A DNA stretch of 51,188 nucleotides, from the NCBI GenBank assembly GCA_043228905.1, contig JBHGNT010000216.1, forward strand, positions 1 to 51,188. The letters are read 5' to 3'. Below are positions 21,292 through 33,401 of this stretch, piece by piece. This stretch comes from Azolla caroliniana (taxonomy: Eukaryota; Plantae; Polypodiophyta). Numbering within the stretch: position 1 is the first letter of the stretch; each line of letters begins with the position of its first letter. The notes beneath the pieces were generated by a model that was given only the letters and a program-made list of their open reading frames with translations, was not told the origin of the DNA and did no database searches. A program made the translations under genes and the position numbers.

Positions 21292-22254
21292 GATTACGTA
21301 TGTCGATTACGTCATTTTTGGCTATTAAATATAACAAATTTGTTTAATATAGGCATATGTGGTCACGTGTATACGTAGTTGATCGTATATATGTGATAAT
21401 ATACATATGTGTATATAAGTTATTACGTGATTTTAAATCGAATGTTTTCCTTTTCGGGGAAAGGATCTTGGTGGCCGTCCTCACATTTTTGTGAGAATAG
21501 CGTTGTCACCATCCCTTTTTTCAAAAATTTTTTATTGTTGAAATCCCCGTTGGTGACTTAGATATTTCGTTACGTAAAGAAACGCCTATAGCCATAATGA
21601 TGTTGAGTACGTAGGGCTTGACCCACTTCATGTGAGGTCGCTCCTATGACACACGTATCCAACATCCCTCCCTCATTCCATGGATATGATGCCACCATGA
21701 GATCATTCTTACGAGAGGCATTCGTAATGACGTGACCATGTGATGGGCCACGTGGGCCTACTACGAAAAGAAGGCTCATTTCGCTTGACCATTAGGTTGC
21801 ACTTTGGTGTATGCCATCATAATTACGAGACATGAGGTTAGGTAACGTACCAACATAGTTGTAGTAAATGAGGGCGAAATAAGGACTCTTGACATATATG
21901 TTTCTTTTAAAAAAACATATATGGGCAAATGCCTCGCATATCTCTTATACGCATGAAACATTAAACATTCAAAGAAGAACAATCTAGTTGGTTGGCTCAA
22001 GTGTTTAATGTATTTGTTCTCGAGGTCTCGAGTTCAAATATGACCAAGACCATACAACATCGTTGATACATATGACTATAACACGTGTTTAGATTTGAGG
22101 TCTAAGTGCACTTCGGGGTCCTCGTAATAGGACTTAAAGAGCCGAAACCACATATGTGGGCGCCGAAACATAGTTTATTGTTAACATTTTTTTCGTGTAT
22201 AAACTACTCATGACGCGAACATACATGGTTGAGCCTCGGCGATCCGTCATGAAA

Positions 22255-23686
22255 AAATCGATATAGAGATCAGGGAAAGACATTAATTTGTCACCCCCAT
22301 GGTTTTTAAAACACCTTTGTGTTACCATTGTAACCTGATCTTGAACCTCATCTCATACGTCTAGAGGGGTATTGACGTGAGATCATGATATCGATTAATG
22401 TTTGCCCATGATATGTTTACATCACAACATGATGTTATGACTATTTGTCTGAACTTATCCTATTTCTTTTCTAGAAATAATCATTTAATGGCTAAAAATA
22501 ACGACCTGATGTTATCCGCTCAAGCGGAAGGAACTCAAGGGAATCCTCCTGGACAAATGTCCATAATTTGAGATGTATTTTTCGCAAACAACCTAATACC
22601 TTAGTTTCACCGCTCAACAGATGACCAAACTTCGGCAATCTCAAAGTGCTCTCGAGGCACGTGTCATTAGTTTACAACGTGAGACTAATAGACCTGATGA
22701 GCGACAGGGTGAACCATCATTTGTCGCTAAGCCATTTACGGGAGAAAAAAAAGAAAGAACCAAAGAAGCAATCTGCACGTGGCTGGGCCAATGGGAGTCT
22801 CATTTTGAGCTCTATCCCACGCCAAATAGTACGAAGATTGCATATGTCAATCGAGAACTAGGGGGTAAGGCCGCCGCTTGGTGGCGTGGGCTCCGAACTT
22901 TGGGGAAATTGCCCGATCCTGGACAGATTTTGTCACAGTTTTTAAGGGCCAGTTTCTGCAACCTCCCAGTTTCTACAAATCGATATAGAGATCAGGGAAA
23001 GACATTAATTTGTCACCCCCATGGTTTTTAAAACACCTTTGTGTTACCATAGTAACCTGATCTTGAACCTCATCTCATACGTCTAGCGGGGTATTGACGT
23101 GAGATCATGATATCGATTAATATTTGTCCATGATATGTTTACATCACAACATGATGTTATGACTATTTGTCTGACCTTATCCTATTTCTTTGCCAGAAAT
23201 AATCATTTAATGGCTCAAAATAATGACCCGATCTCATCCGCTCGAGTGGAAGGAACTCAAGGAAATCCTCTTGGACAAATGTCCATTGAGATGTATTTTT
23301 CGCAAATAACCCAATACCTTAGTTTTACCACTCAACAAATGACCGAACTTCGGAAATCTCAAAGTGCTCTCGAGGCACATATCATTAGTTTACAACGTGA
23401 GACTAATAGACCTGATGAGCAATAGGGTGAACCATCGTTTGTCGTTAAGCCATTTATGGGAGAGAAAAAGGAAAGAACCAAAGAAGCAATCTACACGTGG
23501 CTAGGCCGATGGGAGTCTCATTTTGAGCTCTATACCACGCCAAATAGTATGAAGATTGCATATGTCGGCCGAGAACTAGAGGGTAAGGCTGCCACCTGGT
23601 GGCGTGGGCTCCGTACTTTCGGAAAATTGCCCGATACCTGGACAAATTTTCTCACAGTTTTTAAGGGCCAATTTCTACAACCTCCC
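22255..23686. repeat. Diverged tandem duplication (about 720 bp) covering the E leader end and gag N-half
   Basis: 22255-22967 resembles 22977-23686, with a 9-nt filler between them. Confidence 0.9.
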
Positions 23687-24091
23687 TCTCGAACCGAAGC
23701 AGCTCAAGCTTTAATGAACCTCTCTAACAGGAAATTTTCTTCGCTAGAAGACTATGTCCACCATGCTAGAAGCCAAATCCAAAATTTGGGTCTAGAAGGG
23801 GACAATTGGTTAATATCTTGTTTTGTCAATGGCATCCCCAATTCGGACTATCTCTGGATAGTGCATGATAAGGATCCAAAATCCTTCGAAGAGGTCGTTG
23901 AAATAGTTCTTCGCTATCAACGCACTTCGAAGAAGGGCCACAACAAACCCAACGAAGCGTCCGGGACTAAGCAGTCACAATTTTCTGGGAAACGCAAGAC
24001 ACCCAACGAATTCATGGATCGCAATTGTAAGCAACAACATCCTTTTTGCGTATTTTGCAAAAAGAAGGGTCATACAAAAGAGCATTGTTGA
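23210..24091 (+). pseudogene. gag: Element E gag
   Basis: LEGKAATWW retrotransposon-gag motif and CVFCKKKGHTKEHC knuckle; contains stops and a frameshift. Confidence 0.88.
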
Positions 24092-24199
24092 AAGCTCCAA
24101 CGGAAAGAGCACGACAACAAAGCTAAGGCTACGAACCATAAATGTCAGATTCCTAATGTCCTTCAGATCTATACACATCATTTAAGTAATTGTCAATGT

Positions 24200-26958
24200 T
24201 CTTTCCCTCACTATGTATTGGGTCCCAATGATTTACTACGTGCAAATGGGTATATCAATGGATCTCCCATACAATTTTTGTTTGATTCGGGAAGCTTACA
24301 CAACTTTGTGAATGATCGTTTGGTTAAAATATGGGGAATCCAAACCACTGTAAGTGATCACACCTATACGGTGCACTTGGCGGATGGAAGAGTACAATAC
24401 ATCAACGGGGTGATTCATTCATTAGGAATTTCTATTGATACTTATATAGAGGAAGTAGACTTCCATGTAATGAATCTTTGTACCACTGATGTAATACTGG
24501 GTTATCCTTGGTTCTATAATAAAAGCTCTTCTTTATCTATTGACTGGGTTCATCATTCAATAACTTTTGTAGTTACTCATTTTATTCAATGTGTAAAAAA
24601 ACAATCCCTCTCGATGGTTTCTCTCTATCAATATCCGCGTTGTCTTGTTTTACTCTATTTTATTGTGTACTTGATATAGACATTCACGTTTACAATATCG
24701 ATAATGTCTCGGTTCAATTAACATATTTTGAACAACAACAACTTGATGAAATCTTAAATGATTTTCGTGATGTTTTTCCAAGTGAACTACCAGATGGGTT
24801 ACCTCCTAAACGTAATATAGACCTTCGTATAGATATTATACTTGGCGTTACACCAATAAGTATACCTCCTTATCGCTGAAGTCGATCCGAAGAGGATGAG
24901 GTATGTAAGAAACTCAAGGACTATTTACGAATGGGTTATATACGTTATAGTAAATCTCCATGGGGTGCACCAGTTCTCTTGGTTAAAAAGAAAGAGGGCA
25001 CATGGCGTATGTGTATTAATTACCGACGCTTGAATAAAGTGACGATCAAGAATTCGTATCCATTGCCCCGGGCTGACGATCTAATTGACCGTCTCCAGGG
25101 AGCTCGGTATTTTACGAAACTTGATCTCCGTATTGGCTACCATCAAATTCGTATAAGTGAGGACGATGTTCCTAAAACGACATTTCGTACGTGCTATGGC
25201 CATTATGAGTTTTGGTTATGCGTTTTGGTTTGAGCAATGCTCCGGCTACATTTCAACAATAAATGAATGACATTTTCCGAGAATAGCTTGGAAAATTTGT
25301 CGTTATTTTCTTGGATGATATTTTAGTTTATAGCCGTACATTACAAGAACATGCGAAACATGTCCACTTTGTTTTACAAACATTGCGTGACAAACAGTTT
25401 TATGTGAAGGTCTCAAAATGTGAGTTCTTCAAGAAATCAATTACTTATCTTGGACATCTCATAACCGAAAGAGGAGGTGAAATTGGTCCTTCTCGCATCG
25501 AGAAAATCAAGCTTTGGCCCACTCTTCGGAACATTCGAGAAGTTCAATCATTCCTTGGTTTTGTCAGGTTTTTGCGAAAATCCCTTCGTAATTACTCCCA
25601 ATTGACGACGCCGTTTACTGATCTTCTAATAGGTCAAACGTGTAAGTCTACAAAACCTATTGTCTGGAATGCTACACTAGACCTCACTTTTAAGGAACTC
25701 AAGGACCTAGTGTGCAAGGCTCCTTCACTTCTTTTACCCGATCCTTCAAAACCTTTTGAGGTTGAAACCGATGCAAGCGATTATGTTATAGGTGTTGTCT
25801 TATATCAAGATGGTAAACCAATAGCATTCGAGAGTAAGAAACTTGATTCTGTTCAATTTCGGTATACTGTTCAAGAAAAGGAATTATTTGTAGTTATACA
25901 TGCGCTCAAAACATGGCGCCATTATATTTATGGAAATCGCTTTGTGGTAACTACGGATCACGACTCCTTGAAATATTTTTGTGACCAACAAGACCTGAAA
26001 GGTCGTAAGGTACGATGGGCTGATCTCATCTAGGACTTTGATTTTTCCATACGACATCGTAAAGGTTCCATGAACACTGTCGCTAATGCACTAAGTCGCA
26101 TCCGTGATGTTAACATGCTTAGCTTCACTGAAATATCATCAGATCTTTATGATCACCTTCGAGGAAAGTATCCTGATGACAGTTATTTCGCAAAATACTG
26201 GGCAAGAGTTGAGTCTGGAACAGACACCACCACATCCTCGAAGGAATACTTCCACATTGCTAACAGTGTGCTCTACCGTAATGGGAAGGTTTGTGTTCCA
26301 GATTTACCCGAGGTCAAAAAGAGGATTCTTTTTGAATGCCATGATGCACCCTCAGTAGGGCACCCTGGAATACATCGCACACTCGTTCTCATCTCCACTC
26401 AATTCTATTGGCCTAAGATGCGCCCTGACATATATAGCTATGTGACTAAATGTCACCAATGTTAGGTTAACAAAGCCGAGAGACTTAAAGCCGCAGGACT
26501 TTTACATCCCTTGGACATTCCCAATAATAAGTGGGAAAGTATATCCATGGATTTTATTGTTAGCCTTCCTTGCACCCAAAAAGGCCATGTTTGCATTTGG
26601 GGTGTGGTTGATAGACTAACTAAAATGGCCAGATGTATTGCTACTAAAACCACGATAACAACTCCTGAATTGGATTACCAATTCGTTGATGAGTTATTTC
26701 GTTTTTATGGGTTACCGATGGATATCGTGAGGGATCAAGATCCAAAGTTTACTAGTGACTTCTGGACGCAAGTCTTCAAGAAGTTAGAAACTATGTTGAG
26801 CATGAGCTCCACGGATCCTCAATCCGATGGACAAACGGAACGAGTAAATCAAATTATTGAGGACATGCTTCGAGCATACGTTGGTGCAAAACCAACAAAA
26901 TGGGAACGTTATCTCCCAATTTTGGAGTTTGCTTATAACAACTCCAAGCATACGTCGA
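24200..26958 (+). pseudogene. pol: Element E pol (PR-RT-RH-IN, truncated)
   Basis: [51 protein letters not shown] and QSDGQTER motifs. Confidence 0.92.
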
Positions 26959-27268
26959 TGTGAACTTGGCTGGGGGCCTTGGGTATCGCTATAAATAAGA
27001 GTCCTAGCTACCCTCATTTGATTATCTGGTTGACTACGTCGAGACTCTGTCTTGTGGTGGGTCAACTCTTGTAGTGAGCGCGCCAACACCAGGTACGACA
27101 TGACGCCATGGTAGTGGTATGGGACGCCGAACGAGGCTCGAGCCCGTCTCGATCCCTTCGCTCGGGGGTGGTCGGGTGGATCGACACCCTTCTTTTTCTC
27201 TGTCCTTTCTATTTATCTATCTATATTGTATCCTTATCTAATGCTTACATTAGTCTATGTCTCTAACA
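26959..27268 (+). repeat. Element E 3' LTR, missing about the first 147 bp
   Basis: Aligns to about 20478-20788 and is fused directly to the integrase core. Confidence 0.88.
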
Positions 27269-28186
27269 ATTACCAATTCCAAGCAAGCCGTGGCAATCCA
27301 TTGCTCTAGATTTCATCACAGATCTTCCGGTCTCTAAGGGATTCGATGCGATCTTAACAGTAGTAGATCGATATACGAAGATGGCCCATTTCCTGCCATA
27401 TACTAAGGAAATCTCCAGTTAGGAAACTACCGAAACTGTCATGCGTGAAGTATGTCGGCATCATGGCATTCCCGATAGTATCATCAGCGACCATGGACCC
27501 CAGTTCGTCTCGAAATTCTGGAAGCACCTCTTTAAAATGCTCAAGGTCACTTGTAACCTCTCCTCTGGCTAGTACCCGCAAACAGACGTCCAAACAGAAC
27601 GAACAAATCAAACGCTAGAGTAGTAGCTTCGGTGCTTTCTAAGCTATCATCAAGATGGCTGGGCGGATATTCTCCTTCCGAATTTGCATATAATAACTCT
27701 GTCCACTCATCGACAAAGGTTACACCATTTTCTACTTATACAGGCTGCCACCCCCAATGGTGTGTATTTGAAACCCCAGAGTTACGCACAAATCCTTGTG
27801 CAGAGGATCGTTTGGAGCGGTTATGCAATATACAAGCGGATTTATCTACTCATCTACAACAAGCTCAACAAACACACAATGTTTACATGGATCTTCATCG
27901 GCTTCCATCTAGTTTTAACATTGGAGATCAGGTATAGCTACTACGATGACACATCAAGACTACTCGCCCATGTGAGAAGTTGGATTATCGGCGATTAGGT
28001 CCTTTATGTATTATCGGAAAAATTAATGATGTAGCTTTTTGTCTCGATCTACCTCCACAACTTCGGATTATCGGTGTTTCATAGTTCTCTCCTAGAACCC
28101 TATCAAGACAACACCATGCTAGGTCGTATTAAAAAACCTCCACCCCCGATCGAACTTGAAGATGAACCTGAGTACGAGGTTGCCAC
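27269..28186 (+). pseudogene. pol: Element A pol segment 4 (integrase core to chromodomain start)
   Basis: [20 protein letters not shown] and PPPIELEDEPEYEV motifs. Confidence 0.9.
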
Positions 28187-28315
28187 TGTCAGGAACTCTA
28201 TTAAGGCAGAGAAGGAGTTAGTACTAAAAGAAGGATTAGTACTATTGTTGGGGAGTAGTACTAAGACAGAGAAGGATTAGTACTATGAGAGGTGTCGAAC
28301 TTTGAGAGAAGGAAT

Positions 28316-28365
<50 letters not shown>

Positions 28366-28655
28366 TGATGCGAAAGATATATGTATTATATGACGGAAGA
28401 TATACAACAGTAGTTAGAAGGCTTAAGACTGGCGTTGAACCGATTTGGTTCGAACTAATGCCTTGCGCCTCCTTTTATAGTGTCTTCAGGAATACTCCTG
28501 AAGTTTCTAGAATGTTCCAGAGAAATCTGGAATATACATCAATTTCCCAATAAAACCTAAATGAAAATAATATCCTTCAAATTACAATTCATACCCTAAT
28601 GGTAAAGTCTCGACCCGTGTAATAAAAGGTTATGGGTTCGAGTCTAGTTATGACA
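28187..28655 (-). repeat. Element G 3' LTR
   Basis: TGTCA...TGACA direct repeat. Confidence 0.97.
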
Positions 28656-31600
28656 CTATCCCCCCTTTAAAACGACGAGTTTCACGAGTCGTTTTGGATT
28701 GAGGACCCGGTTTCTCGGGATATCGTCGATGGAAGTCTTCTAGAAGAGCACGAGCATTGGTCACATTCTCGATCGATTCCCAAGTACGCTCGCTGGGACT
28801 ATATCCTAGCCAATCGACTAGATAGTAGAGCTTGTTGCGAACAATCTTGGAATCGAGGATGGCAGCGACCTCATACTCAGGTCCATCTTCGAGCTCGATA
28901 GGAGGTGGAGGTTGTATAGTACGTCCTGGGATAGTGCTCTCGTGATAGGGTTCGAGGAGAGAACTATGAAACACCGGGTGTATCCGAAGTTGCGGAGGTA
29001 GCTCGAGACGAAAAGCGACATCATTAATCTTCCCGATAATACGGAAAGGACCTAATCGCCGATAATCCAACTTCTCACATGGGCGAGTAGTCTTGATGTG
29101 TCGTCGTAGCAGCCACACCCGATCTCCAATGTTAAAACTGGATGGAAGTCGATGACGATCTGCGTAGTCCTTGTGTGATTGTTGAGCTTGCTGGAGTTGA
29201 GTAGATAAATCCGCTTGTATCTTGCGTAACCGCTCCAAACGATCCTCCGCGCAAGGATTTGTGGACACTTCTGGGGTTTCAAGGACACACCACCGGGGAT
29301 GATATCCCGTATAAGCGTAGAATGGCGTGACTTTAGTCGATGCGTGGATAGCGTTATTATAGGCAAATTCGGCGAACTGAAGAATATCTGCCCAGTCATT
29401 CTGATGATAGTTGAGAAAGCACCGCAGATACTGCTCCAGTGTTTGATTTGTTCGTTCGGCTTGACCGTCGGTTTGTGGGTGGTAGCCGGAGGAGAGGTTA
29501 CAAGTGACCTTCAGCATTTTAAAAAGGTGCTTCCAGAATTTTGACACAAACTGGGGTCCACGATCGCTGATGATATTATCAGGGAGTCCATGATGCCGAC
29601 ATACTTCCCGCATGACAATTTCGGCGGTGTCTTCACTAGATATTTCTTTAGTACATGGTAAGAAATGAGCCATCTTCGTATATCGATCCACCACTGTGAG
29701 AATCGCACTGAATCCCTTAGAGACTGGAAGATCTGTAATGAAGTCAAGAGCAATGGATTGCCATGGCTTGCTTGGAATTGGTAATGGTTCTAATAAACCA
29801 TATGGATGATGTCTTGGCATTTTCGCTCTGCAGCATGTATCGCAAGTCCGAACAAAATCTTCGACAAATTGTCGCATACGGGGCCACCAGAATGATCGTT
29901 GTACTAAATCTAATGTTTTAGTACTACCAAAATGTCCTGCTGTATATGTGTCATGGCAGTTTTGTACTACTCGAAGGCGGCAAGAACCATTAGGAACATA
30001 CAAAAGTTCTTTAAAGAAGAGTAATCCATCACAGTATTTGAATTGCCGATAATCCGTACCTGGTGATTGTGATTGTGAACATGACGCTCGAGAGGGGTCA
30101 ATTTGTGCTAGTATAGCTTGGGCGAAAGCGTCAGTCTTCAAGTCCTCACGTATAGTATTGGTAATGTCGGAATCCACGGGCATGTCAAAGACCTGTGCTG
30201 CTTGCAGTCGTGCTGGACCCAAGATTACTTGCTTCTGGTTATCGAAAGCTGGCTCACCGGGACGTGGTGTTAGATACGAACGCCGTGATAATGCATCTGC
30301 CTTCCCTTGGTGCTTCCCCGGACGATATGTAATTTTGAAGTCGAAGCGTGTGAGGAAGTGGGCCCACCGAGCTTGACGTCGATTCAGTACACGAGCATCT
30401 TGAAAGTAGGCAAGGTTCTTGTGGTCACTGAATACAGTGACCTGATGAGGAGATCCCTCCAGGAAATGCCTCCATTGCATAAAAGAATCAACTATTGCTA
30501 ATAGCTCTTTATCATGAATTTCGTAGTTGATTTCGGCGGCGTCAAACTTACGGGAGTGGAAAGCCACAGGATGTAGCTTCTCGTCGTTACCCTGTTGTGA
30601 CAGAATGCTCCCCAATGCGAAATCCGATGCATCAGCTTCGATAATGAATGGTTTTTCCGGATCCACATGACCTAAAATTGGAGCTGATGTAAACGCCTTC
30701 TTAAGACTCTCGAAAGCCATGTCCGTCTCTTTAGACCAAATGAATGATTGTCCCTTCCTGGTGAGCTGTGTGAGAGGCAGCACAATTTTTGAGTAATTTT
30801 GTATGAACTTCCGGTAGAAATTTGCAAAGCCTAGGAAGCATTGCACATCCCGCACCGAACGCGGAGTGTGCCATTCTATCACCGTTTTGACCTTGGCTGG
30901 GTCCATAGATATGCCTTCTGAGGAGATGACATAGCCGAGAAACTCCACTTGGTTGCACCCGAAACTACATTTCTCTAACTTTGCATATAGACCATGTTCT
31001 CGAAGTCGTTTTAGTACTAATAGTACATGAGAATCATGTTCTTCTTGGGTCTTTGAATAAACCAGTAGATCATCCAAATAGATGATCAAAAAATCATCCA
31101 AGAGATCTCGAAATATATCATTCGCCATGTGCTGGAAGACTGCCGGCGCATTAGTGAGTCCGAACGGCATGACCGTATACTCGAAGTGCCCATATCTGGT
31201 GCGAAACGCGGTCTTCCATTCATCTCCTGGTCGGATCCGTACGAGGTTATAGGCTCCTCGTAAGTCTATCTTCGTGAAGAACCTGGCACCGTTGATCCGT
31301 TCTAAAAGACTTGAGATAAGGGGAAGAGCATACCTATTTCTTACTGTGACCTTATTCAAGCCACGGTAATCTGCAACGAGTCGAAGCGAGCCATCTTTTT
31401 TCTTGACGAAGAAAATGGGTGCGCCGGCTGGAGATTTCGAATGCCGAATGAAACCGTTCTCCAAATTCTCCTCTATATAGGCTCGAAGGACTTCTAGCTC
31501 GGTTGGTGACAAATTGTAGATCGGCCCCCATGGCGGCTCTTTTCCCGGTTGTAAGTCAATGGCGCAGTCGTACGGCCGATGATGAGGAAGTGTGTTGGCT

Positions 31601-32205
31601 TGTACTTTATCGAACACATCAGCATACTGACGATACTTCTCGGGAAGTTGAACGGTGGACTCCTCTTTGGTGGTGCTGGAGGGTTGTACTGATATTGCAA
31701 AGAGAAACATTTCCTCCTTGCGCCCTTCCTCACGCAACTGACGTAGCGAAATGGTTGCAACCTTCTGGGTAGATCCTTGGGTTTGTCGCAACCGGATTTC
31801 CCTTGTCCTCCAATCTATGTCTGGGTCATGTAACTCGAACCATGGTAATCCTAAAACTATGGGATGTTCTGGAATACTAATAATATTAAATGATACTACA
31901 CATGTTAAGTTATCTAGGACAATATTAACGGGTTCCGACTCTTCTATGATATTACCAGAAGCAATGGGACGACCATCAATGACTACTACTGAGGCTGGAC
32001 ATGGGAGCTTTCTGAGAGATATCTGATGAGCTCGGGCAAAATTCCTATCCATGAAGCAAGAATTAGCTCCGGAATCTAGAAGGGCTAAGGTATGTATTGG
32101 AGGGGTACTTTTAGTACTAACTGCTACTTGGGCTACGAACACATCACTAACTTGCTTAGAGGGAATGGAACCACTAATGGGCTGCACAGATCTAGGGCTG
32201 TCCAA
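28648..32205 (-). CDS. pol: Element G Pol (PR-RT-RH-IN-chromodomain); the frame is open from about 32244 and probably entered by -1 frameshift
   Basis: LLDSGA, KIDLRGAYNLVR, YLDD, EADASD, HHCC, QTDGQAER, GPF and YEVAAIL...YLVDWLGY...TWE chromodomain. Confidence 0.97.
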   Translation of the reverse strand: MDSPRSVQPISGSIPSKQVSDVFVAQVAVSTKSTPPIHTLALLDSGANSCFMDRNFARAHQISLRKLPCPASVVVIDGRPIASGNIIEESEPVNIVLDNLTCVVSFNIISIPEHPIVLGLPWFELHDPDIDWRTREIRLRQTQGSTQKVATISLRQLREEGRKEEMFLFAISVQPSSTTKEESTVQLPEKYRQYADVFDKVQANTLPHHRPYDCAIDLQPGKEPPWGPIYNLSPTELEVLRAYIEENLENGFIRHSKSPAGAPIFFVKKKDGSLRLVADYRGLNKVTVRNRYALPLISSLLERINGARFFTKIDLRGAYNLVRIRPGDEWKTAFRTRYGHFEYTVMPFGLTNAPAVFQHMANDIFRDLLDDFLIIYLDDLLVYSKTQEEHDSHVLLVLKRLREHGLYAKLEKCSFGCNQVEFLGYVISSEGISMDPAKVKTVIEWHTPRSVRDVQCFLGFANFYRKFIQNYSKIVLPLTQLTRKGQSFIWSKETDMAFESLKKAFTSAPILGHVDPEKPFIIEADASDFALGSILSQQGNDEKLHPVAFHSRKFDAAEINYEIHDKELLAIVDSFMQWRHFLEGSPHQVTVFSDHKNLAYFQDARVLNRRQARWAHFLTRFDFKITYRPGKHQGKADALSRRSYLTPRPGEPAFDNQKQVILGPARLQAAQVFDMPVDSDITNTIREDLKTDAFAQAILAQIDPSRASCSQSQSPGTDYRQFKYCDGLLFFKELLYVPNGSCRLRVVQNCHDTYTAGHFGSTKTLDLVQRSFWWPRMRQFVEDFVRTCDTCCRAKMPRHHPYGLLEPLPIPSKPWQSIALDFITDLPVSKGFSAILTVVDRYTKMAHFLPCTKEISSEDTAEIVMREVCRHHGLPDNIISDRGPQFVSKFWKHLFKMLKVTCNLSSGYHPQTDGQAERTNQTLEQYLRCFLNYHQNDWADILQFAEFAYNNAIHASTKVTPFYAYTGYHPRWCVLETPEVSTNPCAEDRLERLRKIQADLSTQLQQAQQSHKDYADRHRLPSSFNIGDRVWLLRRHIKTTRPCEKLDYRRLGPFRIIGKINDVAFRLELPPQLRIHPVFHSSLLEPYHESTIPGRTIQPPPPIELEDGPEYEVAAILDSKIVRNKLYYLVDWLGYSPSERTWESIENVTNARALLEDFHRRYPEKPGPQSKTTRETRRFKGGIVS

Positions 32206-32244
32206 CCAAACGGCTCCTATTTTGGCTGGACTTAGTCGTTTAAC
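32193..32244 (-). promoter_or_regulatory. Predicted -1 ribosomal frameshift signal (G_UUA_AAC plus pseudoknot)
   Basis: Heptamer at 32238-32244, 6-nt spacer, 11-bp stem; pol lies in the -1 frame. Confidence 0.8.
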
Positions 32245-33401
32245 TCTTCTTCTAATTGGCTAAGGACATCAAATTTGTTTGCGAGATTCGGACTATTAGT
32301 ACTATTAGGACTATTATGACTATGAGGATTATCAGAGATTCCTACTGAAATAGACTCGGGTTTAGTATAGTCAGAACTAACAATGACTTGGTTTACCTGC
32401 CTTCTTGGTCTATGGGGACAGTTTATCGCGATATGCCCTGGTCCACCGCAATAAAGGCATAATCGGTTTGTTCGGCGTCGTTGCTTTTCCTCCTCCGATA
32501 GCGGCCCACGACGACGTGTAGTGTCAATTTCCATTGGAGTTGGAGTACTTACTGGAGGCGCATTATGTGACTCCCTTTGAAAAGGTTTCGCTACCACTGA
32601 GGCATAGGTAGGCTCGGATCTTGCCCTCGGCATCTGAAATTGTCGTTCCGAACGTCGCTCGAAGAGGCGGTTGTCACATCTGACCGCTCGACTGATTGCT
32701 TCTGTTAATGATTTTGGCTCTTCAGGGAAAGTCAAGAGTAAATCCTTGACATCGTTGCGTAGACCATAGCGGAACTGCTCCATCAATGCTTGATCATCCC
32801 AGGGGATATCGGCGGCGAGTAGGCGGAAATCTGCAGCATATGCGGAGGCTGGACGGTCACCTTGGCGTAATCGCCGGATTTTGTTGATTGCAGTCCTTAT
32901 GCTGTCAGTATCTCCAAAACATGCTTTAAACTCACTTATGAATTCTTCAAAATTATTTAGTACTGGAGATTCCTTTTCTAGTAGCGGAGCGAACCATGCT
33001 AATGCTGAGCCATTTAACAACGTGCCTACTAAACCCACTCGTGATGCATCGGTGGGATATCGGGACGGATGCATTTGAATAACTAACCGTACCTGGTTAA
33101 GAAACCCTCTAAACTGCGATCGCGTTCCATCGAACTTCGTGGGAAGGCCAATCTTGGGTTCTTTATGAATCCCTTGTGCTCCGTGCCCTTGTTGTTGCAT
33201 TGCTACGATGGTTGCTTCGAGTTGTTGCACGCGTAACGCAAGTTCCCCATGCTGTTGTTGCGTTTGCTGCTTTTCTAAGGAAATTTGCTGAAGATCCCCC
33301 AACAAGCGTTGATTTTCTTGTTCCAAAGCATGAAACTTCTCTTTCAAGCATTGAAATTCCGAGAAAACGGATTGATACTCTTCAGCGCTAACGGTGGCCA
33401 T
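32232..33401 (-). CDS. gag: Element G Gag (sushi/PEG10-like capsid plus CCHC knuckle)
   Basis: LPTKFDGTRSQFRGF, LRQG and LCLYCGGPGHIAINCP motifs. Confidence 0.96.
   Translation of the reverse strand: MATVSAEEYQSVFSEFQCLKEKFHALEQENQRLLGDLQQISLEKQQTQQQHGELALRVQQLEATIVAMQQQGHGAQGIHKEPKIGLPTKFDGTRSQFRGFLNQVRLVIQMHPSRYPTDASRVGLVGTLLNGSALAWFAPLLEKESPVLNNFEEFISEFKACFGDTDSIRTAINKIRRLRQGDRPASAYAADFRLLAADIPWDDQALMEQFRYGLRNDVKDLLLTFPEEPKSLTEAISRAVRCDNRLFERRSERQFQMPRARSEPTYASVVAKPFQRESHNAPPVSTPTPMEIDTTRRRGPLSEEEKQRRRTNRLCLYCGGPGHIAINCPHRPRRQVNQVIVSSDYTKPESISVGISDNPHSHNSPNSTNSPNLANKFDVLSQLEEELND

Larger units (their letters stand above)
20331..27268 (+). mobile_element. Element E: decayed tRNA-Met-primed Gypsy chromovirus (same family as F) with a 3' deletion
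   Basis: 5' LTR 20331-20788, truncated 3' LTR about 26959-27268, TSD ATTAC at 20326-20330 and 27269-27273, PBS TGGTAACAGAGC at 20791-20802. Confidence 0.93.

Noticed and set aside
21993-22040. Possible A/B boxes (TGGCTCAAGTG...GAGTTCAAAT) in the E leader
   Set aside because: Single copy, short spacing, weak B box and no cloverleaf; not enough support.
28302-28553. Repeated LTR ORF MREGMSERERER... (also at 33661, 39737 and 45036)
   Set aside because: It recurs only because the LTRs repeat, includes translated (GA)n, and has differing stops between G and H.
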